DNA from: an uncultured Verrucomicrobiae bacterium
GTDB taxonomy: Bacteria; Verrucomicrobiota; Verrucomicrobiia; Chthoniobacterales; UBA10450
Length of the DNA: 64,000 nucleotides
NCBI GenBank assembly: GCA_963772365.1
Contig: CAVYXA010000001.1
Span: 608,001-672,000 of the forward strand
Direction: 5' to 3'
Under the pieces are notes generated by a model, which saw only the letters and a list, made by a program, of their open reading frames with translations, searched no databases and was not told the DNA's origin. This document shows, piece by piece, positions 19,222 to 28,192 of this stretch (within the stretch, counting starts at the first letter, position 1; each line of letters opens with the position of its first letter). The translations under genes and the position numbers were made by a program.

Positions 19222-20123
19222 TTCCTGGTGATTTCCACTGCCAGTTCCAAGGCAGCGGTAGCCTGCGAACCCGACACTCGCGGCTCGTGCCCGGTGCTGG
19301 CGCATTCGACGAACGACACGAGTTGACGTTTGAGGGGTTCGTCGCGTTCGATCGGAACTTTGTCGCGCGCGATCCGATCCCCAACTTTGCGATAAATCTC
19401 GCCGGTTTGGTTTTGATAATCGAGAGAAAGATAAGCATCCTCTTGAAACACCCGGATTTTGCGCATCCGTTCGGGGCTGATCCGACTCGAGGTGACATTG
19501 GCTACGCAACCATCCTGAAACCGAATCCGCGCATTGGCGATGTCTTCGCTTTTGCTGAGAACAGGAACGCCAATGGCATCGATGCTCTGCACCGCTGAAC
19601 GCACCAGATGCAAAATGATTTCCAGATCGTGAATCATCAAATCAAGAACCACGCCGATGTCGATGCTGCGATCGGGATAGGGCGACAGCCTATGCGCTTC
19701 GATGAATCGGGGATGCGTCAGATGTTGTTCGAGCGCGCTCAGGACCGGATTGAACCGCTCCACATGGCCGACCTGCAAAATGAGCTTGTTCCTCGCCGCC
19801 AGCTCTGCCAGCTCGCTGGCGTGAGCGGTATTCTCCGTAATCGGTTTCTCGATGAGCACATGTTTGCCCTTTTCAAGTAACTGACGCGCGACTTCGTAAT
19901 GGACATTCGTGGGCGTCGCTACCGACGCCGCGTCGACCCGCACGATGAATTCATCCAGCGATTTGGCTACCATGCCTCCGAACTTTTTCGCGATCGATCC
20001 GGCCCGGTTAAGATCGACATCGTAGATCGCCGCAAATTCCGTCGAATCCAATTCGGAATAAATCCGGGCATGATTACTCCCGATATGACCGACTCCGACG
20101 ACACCGACACGCAATTTTTTCAT
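19203..20123 (-). CDS. Gfo/Idh/MocA oxidoreductase, GnnA-like
   Basis: GVVGVGHIG, VLIEKP, VGHVERFNP and VLDLMIHD motifs; directly upstream of lpxB. Confidence 0.88.
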   Translation of the reverse strand: MKKLRVGVVGVGHIGSNHARIYSELDSTEFAAIYDVDLNRAGSIAKKFGGMVAKSLDEFIVRVDAASVATPTNVHYEVARQLLEKGKHVLIEKPITENTAHASELAELAARNKLILQVGHVERFNPVLSALEQHLTHPRFIEAHRLSPYPDRSIDIGVVLDLMIHDLEIILHLVRSAVQSIDAIGVPVLSKSEDIANARIRFQDGCVANVTSSRISPERMRKIRVFQEDAYLSLDYQNQTGEIYRKVGDRIARDKVPIERDEPLKRQLVSFVECASTGHEPRVSGSQATAALELAVEITRKMTKSE

Positions 20124-20193
20124 CTACGGATAATCGTAGCTTCAATCCGCAGATTTCACAGACTTTCCCAGATTTCGTCGCCGTTCCTGTAAA

Positions 20194-20742
20194 TCAAATG
20201 CATTTGCGCCACGGCTCAAGAAGCCCACGCTTCTCAATCTCTTTTTCCAGCCGCGAGCGATCGACATCAGTCACGGCCAATATTCCCCGAATGTCCCGCA
20301 GGTGTTTCTCGCTGCCGCCTTCCCGATAAAATTCGAGCTTACCGACGATGACGTATTCGGGCGGTGCAAGCCAGATCGTCGAATCCTCGATCGTCGCTGG
20401 CTGTCGATGACGCAACGCCCAATCAGTAAATAAATCTTTGCTGGCGGGGTAAACGTCAGCCTTAAACCCGGTGTCATGATGAATTAGATTGAAGTGTCCA
20501 CGTGTTTTCCGGGCTACCTCCGTCGCAATGACGTCCACCGGAGGACAATAAAATTCTTCCAGTGGAAACGCGGCCACCAATTTTTCGATATCATTCCCGC
20601 CGAGAACGACAATTACATCGACATCATTGGTAACGCGGTAGTCGCCGTAACTCATGGAGGCAATGGAACCAGTGGCCATCCACTGCACGCCTGTCTGGTT
20701 CAGTCGATCCGCAATAAGAGCAGCAGCTTTAGGGAGCCCCAT
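20194..20742 (-). CDS. Nucleotidyltransferase, MenT/AbiEii-like putative toxin
   Basis: TGSIA...RVTNDVD, ADVY, PEYVIVGKL and KHLRDI motifs. Confidence 0.75.
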   Translation of the reverse strand: MGLPKAAALIADRLNQTGVQWMATGSIASMSYGDYRVTNDVDVIVVLGGNDIEKLVAAFPLEEFYCPPVDVIATEVARKTRGHFNLIHHDTGFKADVYPASKDLFTDWALRHRQPATIEDSTIWLAPPEYVIVGKLEFYREGGSEKHLRDIRGILAVTDVDRSRLEKEIEKRGLLEPWRKCI

Positions 20743-20926
20743 GCTTCACAAACTCGCGCAAAGCCTGCGCGATTTTTTTCTCTGACCAGTCCGGATGTTG
20801 CGATCGAAGCGCGGCGGCTTTGAGTTGGCGCATTTCTTCCATGAATTGTAAGCCGATAGTGAGCCGCTGACCGGGCGTCAATTTGCGCAACGCCTTGATC
20901 TGCTCGGGATGCAGCTCGTGGCTCAT
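20729..20926 (-). CDS. Small helical protein, putative antitoxin (MenA1/Rv0078B-like)
   Basis: 65 aa; LTPGQRL...LRSQHPDWSEKKI; overlaps the NTase start by 14 nt. Confidence 0.7.
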   Translation of the reverse strand: MSHELHPEQIKALRKLTPGQRLTIGLQFMEEMRQLKAAALRSQHPDWSEKKIAQALREFVKHGAP

Positions 20927-21016
20927 TGGTCTCTTTGATCAACTGAAGCTTCGGCCTCGGCAACTGATTTAATTGGCCGCGACTCCACAAAACCCGACAA
21001 CGTCCCGCCAGCCAAT

Positions 21017-21949
21017 TCAGGACGCCACATTTTTCAACAACCATTCATAGGTTCGCGCAATTCCTTCATGCAGCGGAATCGTCGGGCGCCAGCCGAGGTT
21101 CGTCAGTTTGCTAACATTGAGAAGTTTGCGCGGCGTGCCATCGGGTTTGCCCGTGTCCCAGGTAAGTTCGCCACCAAAGCCGACCACATCGCAGATCAAT
21201 CTCGCTAGTTCCTCGATCGAAATATCCTCACCGCAGCCGACATTGATGATTTCAGGCGAATCGTAATTTCCCAAAAGGAAGACACAGGCGGAAGCCAGAT
21301 CATCGACATGCAGAAATTCCCGACGCGGTTTGCCGCTGCCCCAAACGACGAGCTCTTTCGCTTCTCGCGTTTTCGCTTCATGGGCTTTGCGCAAAAGAGC
21401 GGCGAGCACGTGTGAGGTTTCGAGATCGAAGTTGTCATTCGGGCCGTAAAGATTGGTCGGCATGGGGGAAATGAAATTCGCGCCGAACTCACGTGCGTAA
21501 GCCTGGCAAAGTTTAATCCCGGCGATCTTGGCAATCGCGTAAGCCTCGTTGGTCGGCTCCAGTGGACCGGTGAGCAACGCGCTTTCCGGAATGGGTTGCG
21601 GCGCGTGCTTGGGATAAATGCATGAGCTGCCGAGGAAAAGAAGTTTCCGCACGCCATTCTCGTGTGCAGCCTGAATGACATTGTTTTGGATCGACAGATT
21701 CTCGAGCAGAAATTCGACTGGCTGATCGTTGTTCGCCTTGATTCCCCCCACTTTCGCGGCAGCTAGAATCACGATGTCTGGCTTTTCGTCTGTAAAGAAT
21801 CGTGCGACTGCAGAGCCATTCGCGAGATCGAGCTGCGATCGCTCACGAGTCAGCAAGTTCTCAAAACCATCAGCCTGGAGTCGTCTCACCAATGCGCTGC
21901 CGACCATCCCTCGATGACCGGCCACGAAAATTTTGTCAGACTTGTTCAT
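21017..21949 (-). CDS. fcl: GDP-L-fucose synthase
   Basis: AGHRGMVGSA, AAAKVGGI, LGSSCIYP, YAIAK and PTNLYGP motifs. Confidence 0.97.
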   Translation of the reverse strand: MNKSDKIFVAGHRGMVGSALVRRLQADGFENLLTRERSQLDLANGSAVARFFTDEKPDIVILAAAKVGGIKANNDQPVEFLLENLSIQNNVIQAAHENGVRKLLFLGSSCIYPKHAPQPIPESALLTGPLEPTNEAYAIAKIAGIKLCQAYAREFGANFISPMPTNLYGPNDNFDLETSHVLAALLRKAHEAKTREAKELVVWGSGKPRREFLHVDDLASACVFLLGNYDSPEIINVGCGEDISIEELARLICDVVGFGGELTWDTGKPDGTPRKLLNVSKLTNLGWRPTIPLHEGIARTYEWLLKNVAS

Positions 21950-21956
21950 GCTTGTT

Positions 21957-22005
21957 TGGCGGGCCGGATGCCTACCAGCCCCGACAGCCAAGATGGCTGT
22001 GCTCC
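21957..22005 (-). repeat. REP-like element (GGAG-CACAGCC family) between divergent fcl and ALDH
   Basis: Reverse complement ggagc-acagcc-atctt-ggctgt followed by a second degenerate arm ggtaggcatccggccc. Confidence 0.55.
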
Positions 22006-22025
22006 GTTGATTAGCATTTTCTTTT

Positions 22026-22931
22026 TTGCCGGTCTGCGCAATTCTTCGCTTCGTGAGAAAGCCGCGGCCACGCCTGCAAGTTCAGAAAACTTACAAGCTC
22101 TATATCGGCGGCAAGTTTGTGCGCGGTGAGAACGGACGCCTGCTGCCCGCGCTGGATGGCAGCCGCAATCTCCTGGCCAACTTTTGCCGCGCATCGAAGA
22201 AAGACTTTCGCGACGCCGTTGTGGCTGCGCGCACGGCATTTCCGAATTGGTCGAGGCAGAGCGCGTATTTGCGCGGGCAAATTTTGTATCGCGCGGCGGA
22301 GATGCTGGAGATGCGTCGAGGCGAGTTACAAAACGAAGTGACGCGCTCCAATGGCACCGCGAAGTCGTCGGATTCGGAGATGACATTGGCGGTCGATCGG
22401 CTCGTCCACTATGCAGGTTGGGCGGACAAGTTCGGGCAGATTTTTGGCTCGGTGAATCCTGTCGCCAGCTCTCACTTCAATTTCACCACTCCCGAACCGA
22501 CGGGCGTCGTCATTGTAATTTGTCCGGACGAACCGCCGTTGTTGCCGCTTATTTCATTAGTCGCACCGGTGATTTTAAGCGGCAATTGCGGAGTCGTTTT
22601 GGCATCGACAACGAAACCGCTGCCCGCGCTTACGTTCGCAGAGATTATTGCCACGAGCGATCTGCCGGGCGGTGTCATCAACGTGCTGGCGGGCGATCGC
22701 GCCGAACTCGCACCGCATTTTGCCAGTCACATGGATGTAAACGCAATTGTCGATGCTAGCGGCGATCAAAAAATCGGGCGTGAACTACAAGGCGGCGGCG
22801 CACTAAATTTGAAACGCTACGCAGCCCGTAATCTCGCGGCTAATGAATGGCGCGGACGAACGGCGGAAAATCCATATTGGATTCTGGACACAGTCGAGAT
22901 GAAGACAGCCTGGCATCCGATCGGGGTTTAA
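22026..22931 (+). CDS. Aldehyde dehydrogenase family protein, short form (start uncertain)
   Basis: KTYKLYIGGKF, YAGWADK, EPTGVV, LPGGVINVLAG and EMKTAWHP motifs; catalytic ELGGK/Cys domain not present. Confidence 0.85.
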   Translation: MPVCAILRFVRKPRPRLQVQKTYKLYIGGKFVRGENGRLLPALDGSRNLLANFCRASKKDFRDAVVAARTAFPNWSRQSAYLRGQILYRAAEMLEMRRGELQNEVTRSNGTAKSSDSEMTLAVDRLVHYAGWADKFGQIFGSVNPVASSHFNFTTPEPTGVVIVICPDEPPLLPLISLVAPVILSGNCGVVLASTTKPLPALTFAEIIATSDLPGGVINVLAGDRAELAPHFASHMDVNAIVDASGDQKIGRELQGGGALNLKRYAARNLAANEWRGRTAENPYWILDTVEMKTAWHPIGV

Positions 22932-23026
22932 ACAACGGCGTGCCATGGGCTACCAGGGAAAGGCCTGTCGGCACACCTTCGCACCGTAAAATGGCACGCA
23001 TCGCGCTCATTCAGGCGGGCTTCGCA

Positions 23027-24259
23027 ATGCACATTCCAACCTTAATCGAAAAGAAGCGCGACGGCGGCGAGCTCTCCTCGGAGGAAATCGAGTTTCTGAT
23101 CAGCGAATTTACCGATGACAAGCTGCCCGATTATCAAATGAGCGCCTGGGCTATGGCGGTTTTCTTTAGCGGAATGACACCGAAGGAAACCGAGGCGCTG
23201 ACCAATGCGATGATGAATAGCGGCCGCGTTTTGAAACACCCAAAGAACTCGCCCCCGAAGATCGACAAACATTCCACCGGAGGCGTGGGCGACAAGACTT
23301 CGCTGGTGCTCGCTCCCCTGCTCGCCTGCGATGACGTCTGGGTGCCAATGATTTCTGGGCGCGGTCTCGGTATCACAGGCGGCACATTGGACAAACTCGG
23401 CAGTATCCCGGGATTCAATGTGAACCTGGATGATAAACGCGCGCTCAAACAGTTGGACAAAATCGGGGTAGTCATGATCGGTCAAACTGATGACATTTGC
23501 CCGGCGGACAAGAAGCTGTATGCGCTGCGCGATGTGACCGGAACTGTGCCGTCGAAACCGCTCATTGTGGCGAGCATTATGAGCAAGAAGCTGGCGGAGA
23601 ACCTCGACCGGCTTGTGTTAGATGTGAAGTTCGGCAGCGGCGCATTCATGAAAACAAGAAAAGAAGCGGAGCAACTGGCCAAAGCAATGACAAGCGTAGG
23701 CGAAGCAATGAAGGTGAAAATGTCGCATCTCCTTAGCCCAATGGACGAACCGCTCGGCCGCGCAGTCGGCAATGCGCTGGAAGTGGCCGAATGTGTTGAG
23801 GTCCTCAATGGCAAAGGACCGAAAGATGTTGTGAACCTGGTTCTCGATCTTGCCGAGAAGATTTCTACGACGCCACGTCCAACTTTGGAAAAACGCCTGA
23901 ACGATGGCAGCGCTTGGAAAAAATTTGTCTCTCTCGTGTATGCGCAAGATGGAGATGCCACGGCCCTTGAGCGATTGCTGAGCGTTCATCGTGCCGCCAT
24001 TGTTCAACCGTTGCCCGCGAAAAAGACGGGAAAGGTAAAGAAAATGGATGCAGAACTGATCGGACGCGCTTCGGTTCTGTTAGGCGGTGGCCGTGAGAGA
24101 GCTGGCGACAAGATCGACGTGACCGTTGGCATGTCGAGGATCAAAAAGATCGGAGAGACTGTCGATGTTGACGAGCCGTTGCTATTTGTTCACGCCCGCA
24201 CCGAGCGATCACTGATGGACGTGATGCCGCTGCTGGAAAAAGCCGTCGGCATCGGTTAA
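23027..24259 (+). CDS. deoA: Thymidine/pyrimidine-nucleoside phosphorylase
   Basis: DKHSTGGVGDK, SGRGLG.TGGTLDKL, ADKKLYALRDVT and SIMSKK motifs. Confidence 0.93.
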   Translation: MHIPTLIEKKRDGGELSSEEIEFLISEFTDDKLPDYQMSAWAMAVFFSGMTPKETEALTNAMMNSGRVLKHPKNSPPKIDKHSTGGVGDKTSLVLAPLLACDDVWVPMISGRGLGITGGTLDKLGSIPGFNVNLDDKRALKQLDKIGVVMIGQTDDICPADKKLYALRDVTGTVPSKPLIVASIMSKKLAENLDRLVLDVKFGSGAFMKTRKEAEQLAKAMTSVGEAMKVKMSHLLSPMDEPLGRAVGNALEVAECVEVLNGKGPKDVVNLVLDLAEKISTTPRPTLEKRLNDGSAWKKFVSLVYAQDGDATALERLLSVHRAAIVQPLPAKKTGKVKKMDAELIGRASVLLGGGRERAGDKIDVTVGMSRIKKIGETVDVDEPLLFVHARTERSLMDVMPLLEKAVGIG

Positions 24260-24265
24260 GAGCGA

Positions 24266-24466
24266 CTAACCGCCGGCGACGACACGGATCAATTCCACTC
24301 GATCGCCTTCGGCAAGGGACTTTTGTGGCCAATCCCGTCGATGGAGCGCGAGGCCGTTGTGCTCGACCAAAATCGATTGTGGCGAGAACTGATATCGTCT
24401 GATCAGCTCGGCAAGGGTTTCGACACCGTCCACTTCCACTTTTTCGCCGTTGAGTGAAATGGTCAT
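24266..24466 (-). CDS. thiS: Sulfur carrier protein ThiS
   Basis: 66-aa ubiquitin-like protein ending GDRVELIRVVAGG; ATGA overlap with thiH. Confidence 0.93.
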   Translation of the reverse strand: MTISLNGEKVEVDGVETLAELIRRYQFSPQSILVEHNGLALHRRDWPQKSLAEGDRVELIRVVAGG

Positions 24467-25587
24467 ATTCGAGACAACGCCTGGTCCCAATCTTTCCAAA
24501 CAGGATCGAATCCTCGGCCACGCAAAACCGAAGCTATCTCCGCCGGGGAACGTTCGTCGCTGATATCGAATTGCCCCGTGGCAAGTCGATCCTCACCATT
24601 GTGAAACTCTGGTGCCACGATCCGGCCCCGCACTGTGCGATGTAAATGTTCGCTGCCCTGCCGGGTGTAACCTCCGGGCTCCGTGTGACTGCCTGCGCTC
24701 ATCATGGTCACACCCAGCGGAACCAGCGAATCACGCAGAAGCGCTCGTTCACGAGTGCTCAGCACAATGCCGACTTGCGGAAAAGTGATTCGCAACGCGC
24801 AAACCAGTTGGGCCAACTGGCGATCGGTCATGGAAAAGGGCGGATGAAATCCGCCAGCGGCGGGCCGCAACCGCGGCAGACTAATCGTGATCTGGGCCTG
24901 CCAGCAATGTTTGAGCAGATATTCCACATGCGCGGCCAAGGCCACGGCTTCATCCTGCCATGGGCACAGGCCAAAGAGCGCGCCAATGCCAAGACGCCGA
25001 AAACCGGCCGCGTAACCGCGCTCCGCGCAGTCGAGTCGAAAATTGAAGTCTCGTTTCGGTCCGGCGGTGTGCATCTCGGCATACACGGCCCGGTTGTATG
25101 TCTCCTGATAGACCACCAAACCTTCCGCGCCAGCATCGACAATTGGAACATAGTCCTCCGTGTCCATCGGTCCCATCTCGATGGAAACGGATGAGAAATC
25201 CGGCACTAGCGCACGAACACATTCCGTAAGATAATCGCGACTCACAAACTTCGGATGCTCACCAGCGACCAGAAGTATTTGGCGAAAACCTTCATTGGAT
25301 AAATGGCGCGCTTCGGCCGCTACTTCGTCCACGCTCAGGGTCACGCGAAGAATCGGATTATCGCGCGAGAAGCCGCAATATCGGCAGTTGTTAATGCACT
25401 CGTTGGAAAGATAAAGGGGCGCGAACAGACGCATTGTCCGCCCAAAGTTTTGCAACGTCAGGGTCCTCGCGGTTTTGGCCATGATCTCGAGATCGGCCGG
25501 AGATTTTGCTGCGATCAGTTGTTCAAAGCGCCGAACCAGCGGCGATTTGGCCAAAGCAAGGTTGTCGAGTATTTCCGCAAAAGACAC
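24463..25587 (-). CDS. thiH: 2-iminoacetate synthase (radical SAM)
   Basis: FAPLYLSNECINNCRYCGF, YQETY, ISLPRLRP, LSTRE and QF.ISD.RS motifs. Confidence 0.93.
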   Translation of the reverse strand: MSFAEILDNLALAKSPLVRRFEQLIAAKSPADLEIMAKTARTLTLQNFGRTMRLFAPLYLSNECINNCRYCGFSRDNPILRVTLSVDEVAAEARHLSNEGFRQILLVAGEHPKFVSRDYLTECVRALVPDFSSVSIEMGPMDTEDYVPIVDAGAEGLVVYQETYNRAVYAEMHTAGPKRDFNFRLDCAERGYAAGFRRLGIGALFGLCPWQDEAVALAAHVEYLLKHCWQAQITISLPRLRPAAGGFHPPFSMTDRQLAQLVCALRITFPQVGIVLSTRERALLRDSLVPLGVTMMSAGSHTEPGGYTRQGSEHLHRTVRGRIVAPEFHNGEDRLATGQFDISDERSPAEIASVLRGRGFDPVWKDWDQALSRI

Positions 25588-25667
25588 GCCACAATTTCAC
25601 GCGCAGAGAGGCAGTTCGCAAACGATAAGGGGGCGATCGGCATTGACGGAAATCGTTTCGTTTCTGG

Positions 25668-26390
25668 TTAGAACGCGAAATTAATACCGCTCCGAGCCAT
25701 ACCGAAATTATTGTGCGTACCGTCTACGACGTTCCAGCTGAAATCGGAGATCCAGCCAATCGTTGGCGTAAGGCGAACCTCCATACCGCCTCCGAATTGG
25801 CCCATAGCTCGGGATTCCGCATCGTGATCAATTCGCTCGGTGAAACCTCTTACATCGACCACACGCTCGCGATGGCCTCCGAAAACGCCACCGCCACCTG
25901 CCCACATATATGGAGCAAAGCGGGAACAGCCAATCGGGTAACGCAAGGTCACCGTACCAAGAGCGCCACCCACGACATGATGATCGCTTTCGGAGTTAAA
26001 CTCAGTCCCAACATTCCCAAAAGTCTCGATGTTATATCGGCTGCCATGCGCGGCCAGACCAAAGCCTTCCAGTCCGACACCGAAATATTTTGCAAAGAAA
26101 TATTTCGCATCAATTCCGCCGCCCCAGGCGTGATCGCCACCGAGAAACTGATCGTAACTGCCGCCGTTTCCTGTCACGAGAGTATCGAACAGACTGTTGC
26201 GATTGTAATCTGTGCTGGTAAACGCATAAGCGCCCCAGAGACCAACGTTCCATTCCACGTCTCGATACCACTCACAGGGCGCGGGCGGCGGAGCGGGTTG
26301 GAGTTCTTTGCCTGAATAAGATTCCGTTCCGGCGAAGGCCAACGATCCCGTCATTCCTAAAGCCAATAATCCTAATACTGTCTTTTTCAT
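25668..26390 (-). CDS. Outer membrane beta-barrel protein
   Basis: Signal peptide, amphipathic strands, C-terminal Phe (GINFAF); purine-rich RBS. Confidence 0.8.
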   Translation of the reverse strand: MKKTVLGLLALGMTGSLAFAGTESYSGKELQPAPPPAPCEWYRDVEWNVGLWGAYAFTSTDYNRNSLFDTLVTGNGGSYDQFLGGDHAWGGGIDAKYFFAKYFGVGLEGFGLAAHGSRYNIETFGNVGTEFNSESDHHVVGGALGTVTLRYPIGCSRFAPYMWAGGGGVFGGHRERVVDVRGFTERIDHDAESRAMGQFGGGMEVRLTPTIGWISDFSWNVVDGTHNNFGMARSGINFAF

Positions 26391-26545
26391 GATCCCTTTC
26401 TCCCTTGGTTAAGTTTTCCTGACCCGAAGTTGAGCACCCTCAGCGCTCATATCAGAAACGCATGGAGACCGGCGTTTGGATGCCCCTAGCGGGATGATTT
26501 CAGAGGAACAACAGTAGACGTGCTATTGCGGCTGGTTCCAGTGCC

Positions 26546-28120
26546 TTAGACTTTTAGCTCAGCGCCGGTGTTTGCGTCGGTGATAATGAATTTCTCGTGA
26601 TGGTAGGTGGGATCACCGCGGAAGGTTAACCGGCTCGCGTAACGGCGTTCCAATTCGACGAGCAATTCTTCATCCTCTTCTTTCAACCGCTTGAGCACGT
26701 CGGGATTGAGAATGACCCGGAAATCGTGCACCGAATCCTGAAATTTGCGCATCACGATGTTGAGCGTTCGGTGCAACTCGACGCTGGTCGTCATCGATGT
26801 CTTTACCACGCCCCGCCCCCCGCAGTATGGACAATTCTCGTAGATCGTGTCGCTCAAGCTTTCCTGAGCACGCTGACGCGTCATTTCCATCAAGCCAAGC
26901 TGCGAAATCGGCAACACATGAGTTTTGGCCTTGTCGCGCTTGAGCCGCTCCTTCATGAGCTGATAAACCAATTGCTGATCCTTGCGGCTTTTCATGTCGA
27001 TGAAGTCGCCAATGATGAGGCCGCCGATATTGCGCAGCCGAAGCTGGCGGGCGATTTCATCCGCCGCTTCCAGGTTCGTTTGCAAAATCGTTTTTTCGAC
27101 GTCGCGCCCGCCTTTATTGCGGCCGGTGTTCACGTCAACGGCCACCAGCGCCTCCGTTTCATCGATCACGATGTAGCCCCCGCATCTGAGCCAGACCTGT
27201 CGGTGAAACGCGTCATCGATCTGTTTTTGCACGCCGTAGGTTTCGAAAATTGGCGTAGCGCCATCATAGTAATGAATCCGATTGCGAGCGCGGCGCGAAA
27301 TCTGGCCGACCATTTCGATCATCCGATCCGTTGCGGAACGGTCGTCGCATAAGACTTCATCGATTTCTTCGGTGAGAAAATCGCGCACCGTGCGCTCGAC
27401 CAAACTCGGTTCGGCAAAAACCCGGTACGGCGCGGGTTCGTTACGGATCAGCTCCTCAACTTTGGTCCACTGATCCAGAAGGAAACGCAAATCGCGCACG
27501 AAATATCGGGCGCGCTGACCTTCGCCCACGGTCCGAATGATGACTCCGATACCGTCGGGAGCATCGAGTTGCCTCAAAATCTTGCGTAGCCGATCGCGCT
27601 CTTTTGGGTTCTCGATCTTGCGCGAAATGCCGCTGCGATCGCTAAAGGGCATCAGGACAAGATAGCGGCCGGCGAAACTGAGATTGGTCGTGACCCGGGG
27701 ACCTTTCGTGCCAATTGGGCCCTTGGTCACCTGCACGATCACTTCCGAGCCCACGGGATAGATACTTGGAATATCTTTGACCGTAATTCGTTTGCGCGGC
27801 CGCTTGTGCGAGGGGCGATCGATTTCTTCAATGCCACTGTCGAGCGCCGCCGGAATCGCATCCCAAAAATGGAGGAACGCATTTTTGTCCAGGCCAATGT
27901 CCACAAACATCGCCTTCAATCCCATCTCGATGTTTTTGACCCGGCCCTTGTAAACGCTACCGACGATGTTGCGCGAGGCGGAGCGCTCGACGCTATATTC
28001 TTCGAGCCGGCCATTCTCCAGCAGCGCGACGCGCGACTCGAGTTTTTCGACGCTCAGCACGAGCTTGTTGCCGGTTTTTCGTGAAGTGAAACCTAAAATT
28101 TTTCGGACTTTGTCTAACAT
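26546..28120 (-). CDS. rng: Rne/Rng family ribonuclease (RNase G-sized)
   Basis: S1 domain; IVIDETEALVAVDVNTG, NLEAA.EIARQLRLRNIGG, DFIDM and CPYCGGRG motifs. Confidence 0.93.
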   Translation of the reverse strand: MLDKVRKILGFTSRKTGNKLVLSVEKLESRVALLENGRLEEYSVERSASRNIVGSVYKGRVKNIEMGLKAMFVDIGLDKNAFLHFWDAIPAALDSGIEEIDRPSHKRPRKRITVKDIPSIYPVGSEVIVQVTKGPIGTKGPRVTTNLSFAGRYLVLMPFSDRSGISRKIENPKERDRLRKILRQLDAPDGIGVIIRTVGEGQRARYFVRDLRFLLDQWTKVEELIRNEPAPYRVFAEPSLVERTVRDFLTEEIDEVLCDDRSATDRMIEMVGQISRRARNRIHYYDGATPIFETYGVQKQIDDAFHRQVWLRCGGYIVIDETEALVAVDVNTGRNKGGRDVEKTILQTNLEAADEIARQLRLRNIGGLIIGDFIDMKSRKDQQLVYQLMKERLKRDKAKTHVLPISQLGLMEMTRQRAQESLSDTIYENCPYCGGRGVVKTSMTTSVELHRTLNIVMRKFQDSVHDFRVILNPDVLKRLKEEDEELLVELERRYASRLTFRGDPTYHHEKFIITDANTGAELKV

Positions 28121-28192
28121 AAAAGCAGGGAGGTTTGGTGATCGAAATCGGAGCTATGATGTTGCGGATGGTCATTGCTCTAAGATCGACAG

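Noticed and set aside
26391..26545. Possible TPP riboswitch upstream of the outer membrane protein/thiH genes (ctagggg...gctgag on the minus strand)
   Set aside because: The conserved ACCTGA..GGATAATGCC..CGTAGG part is absent.
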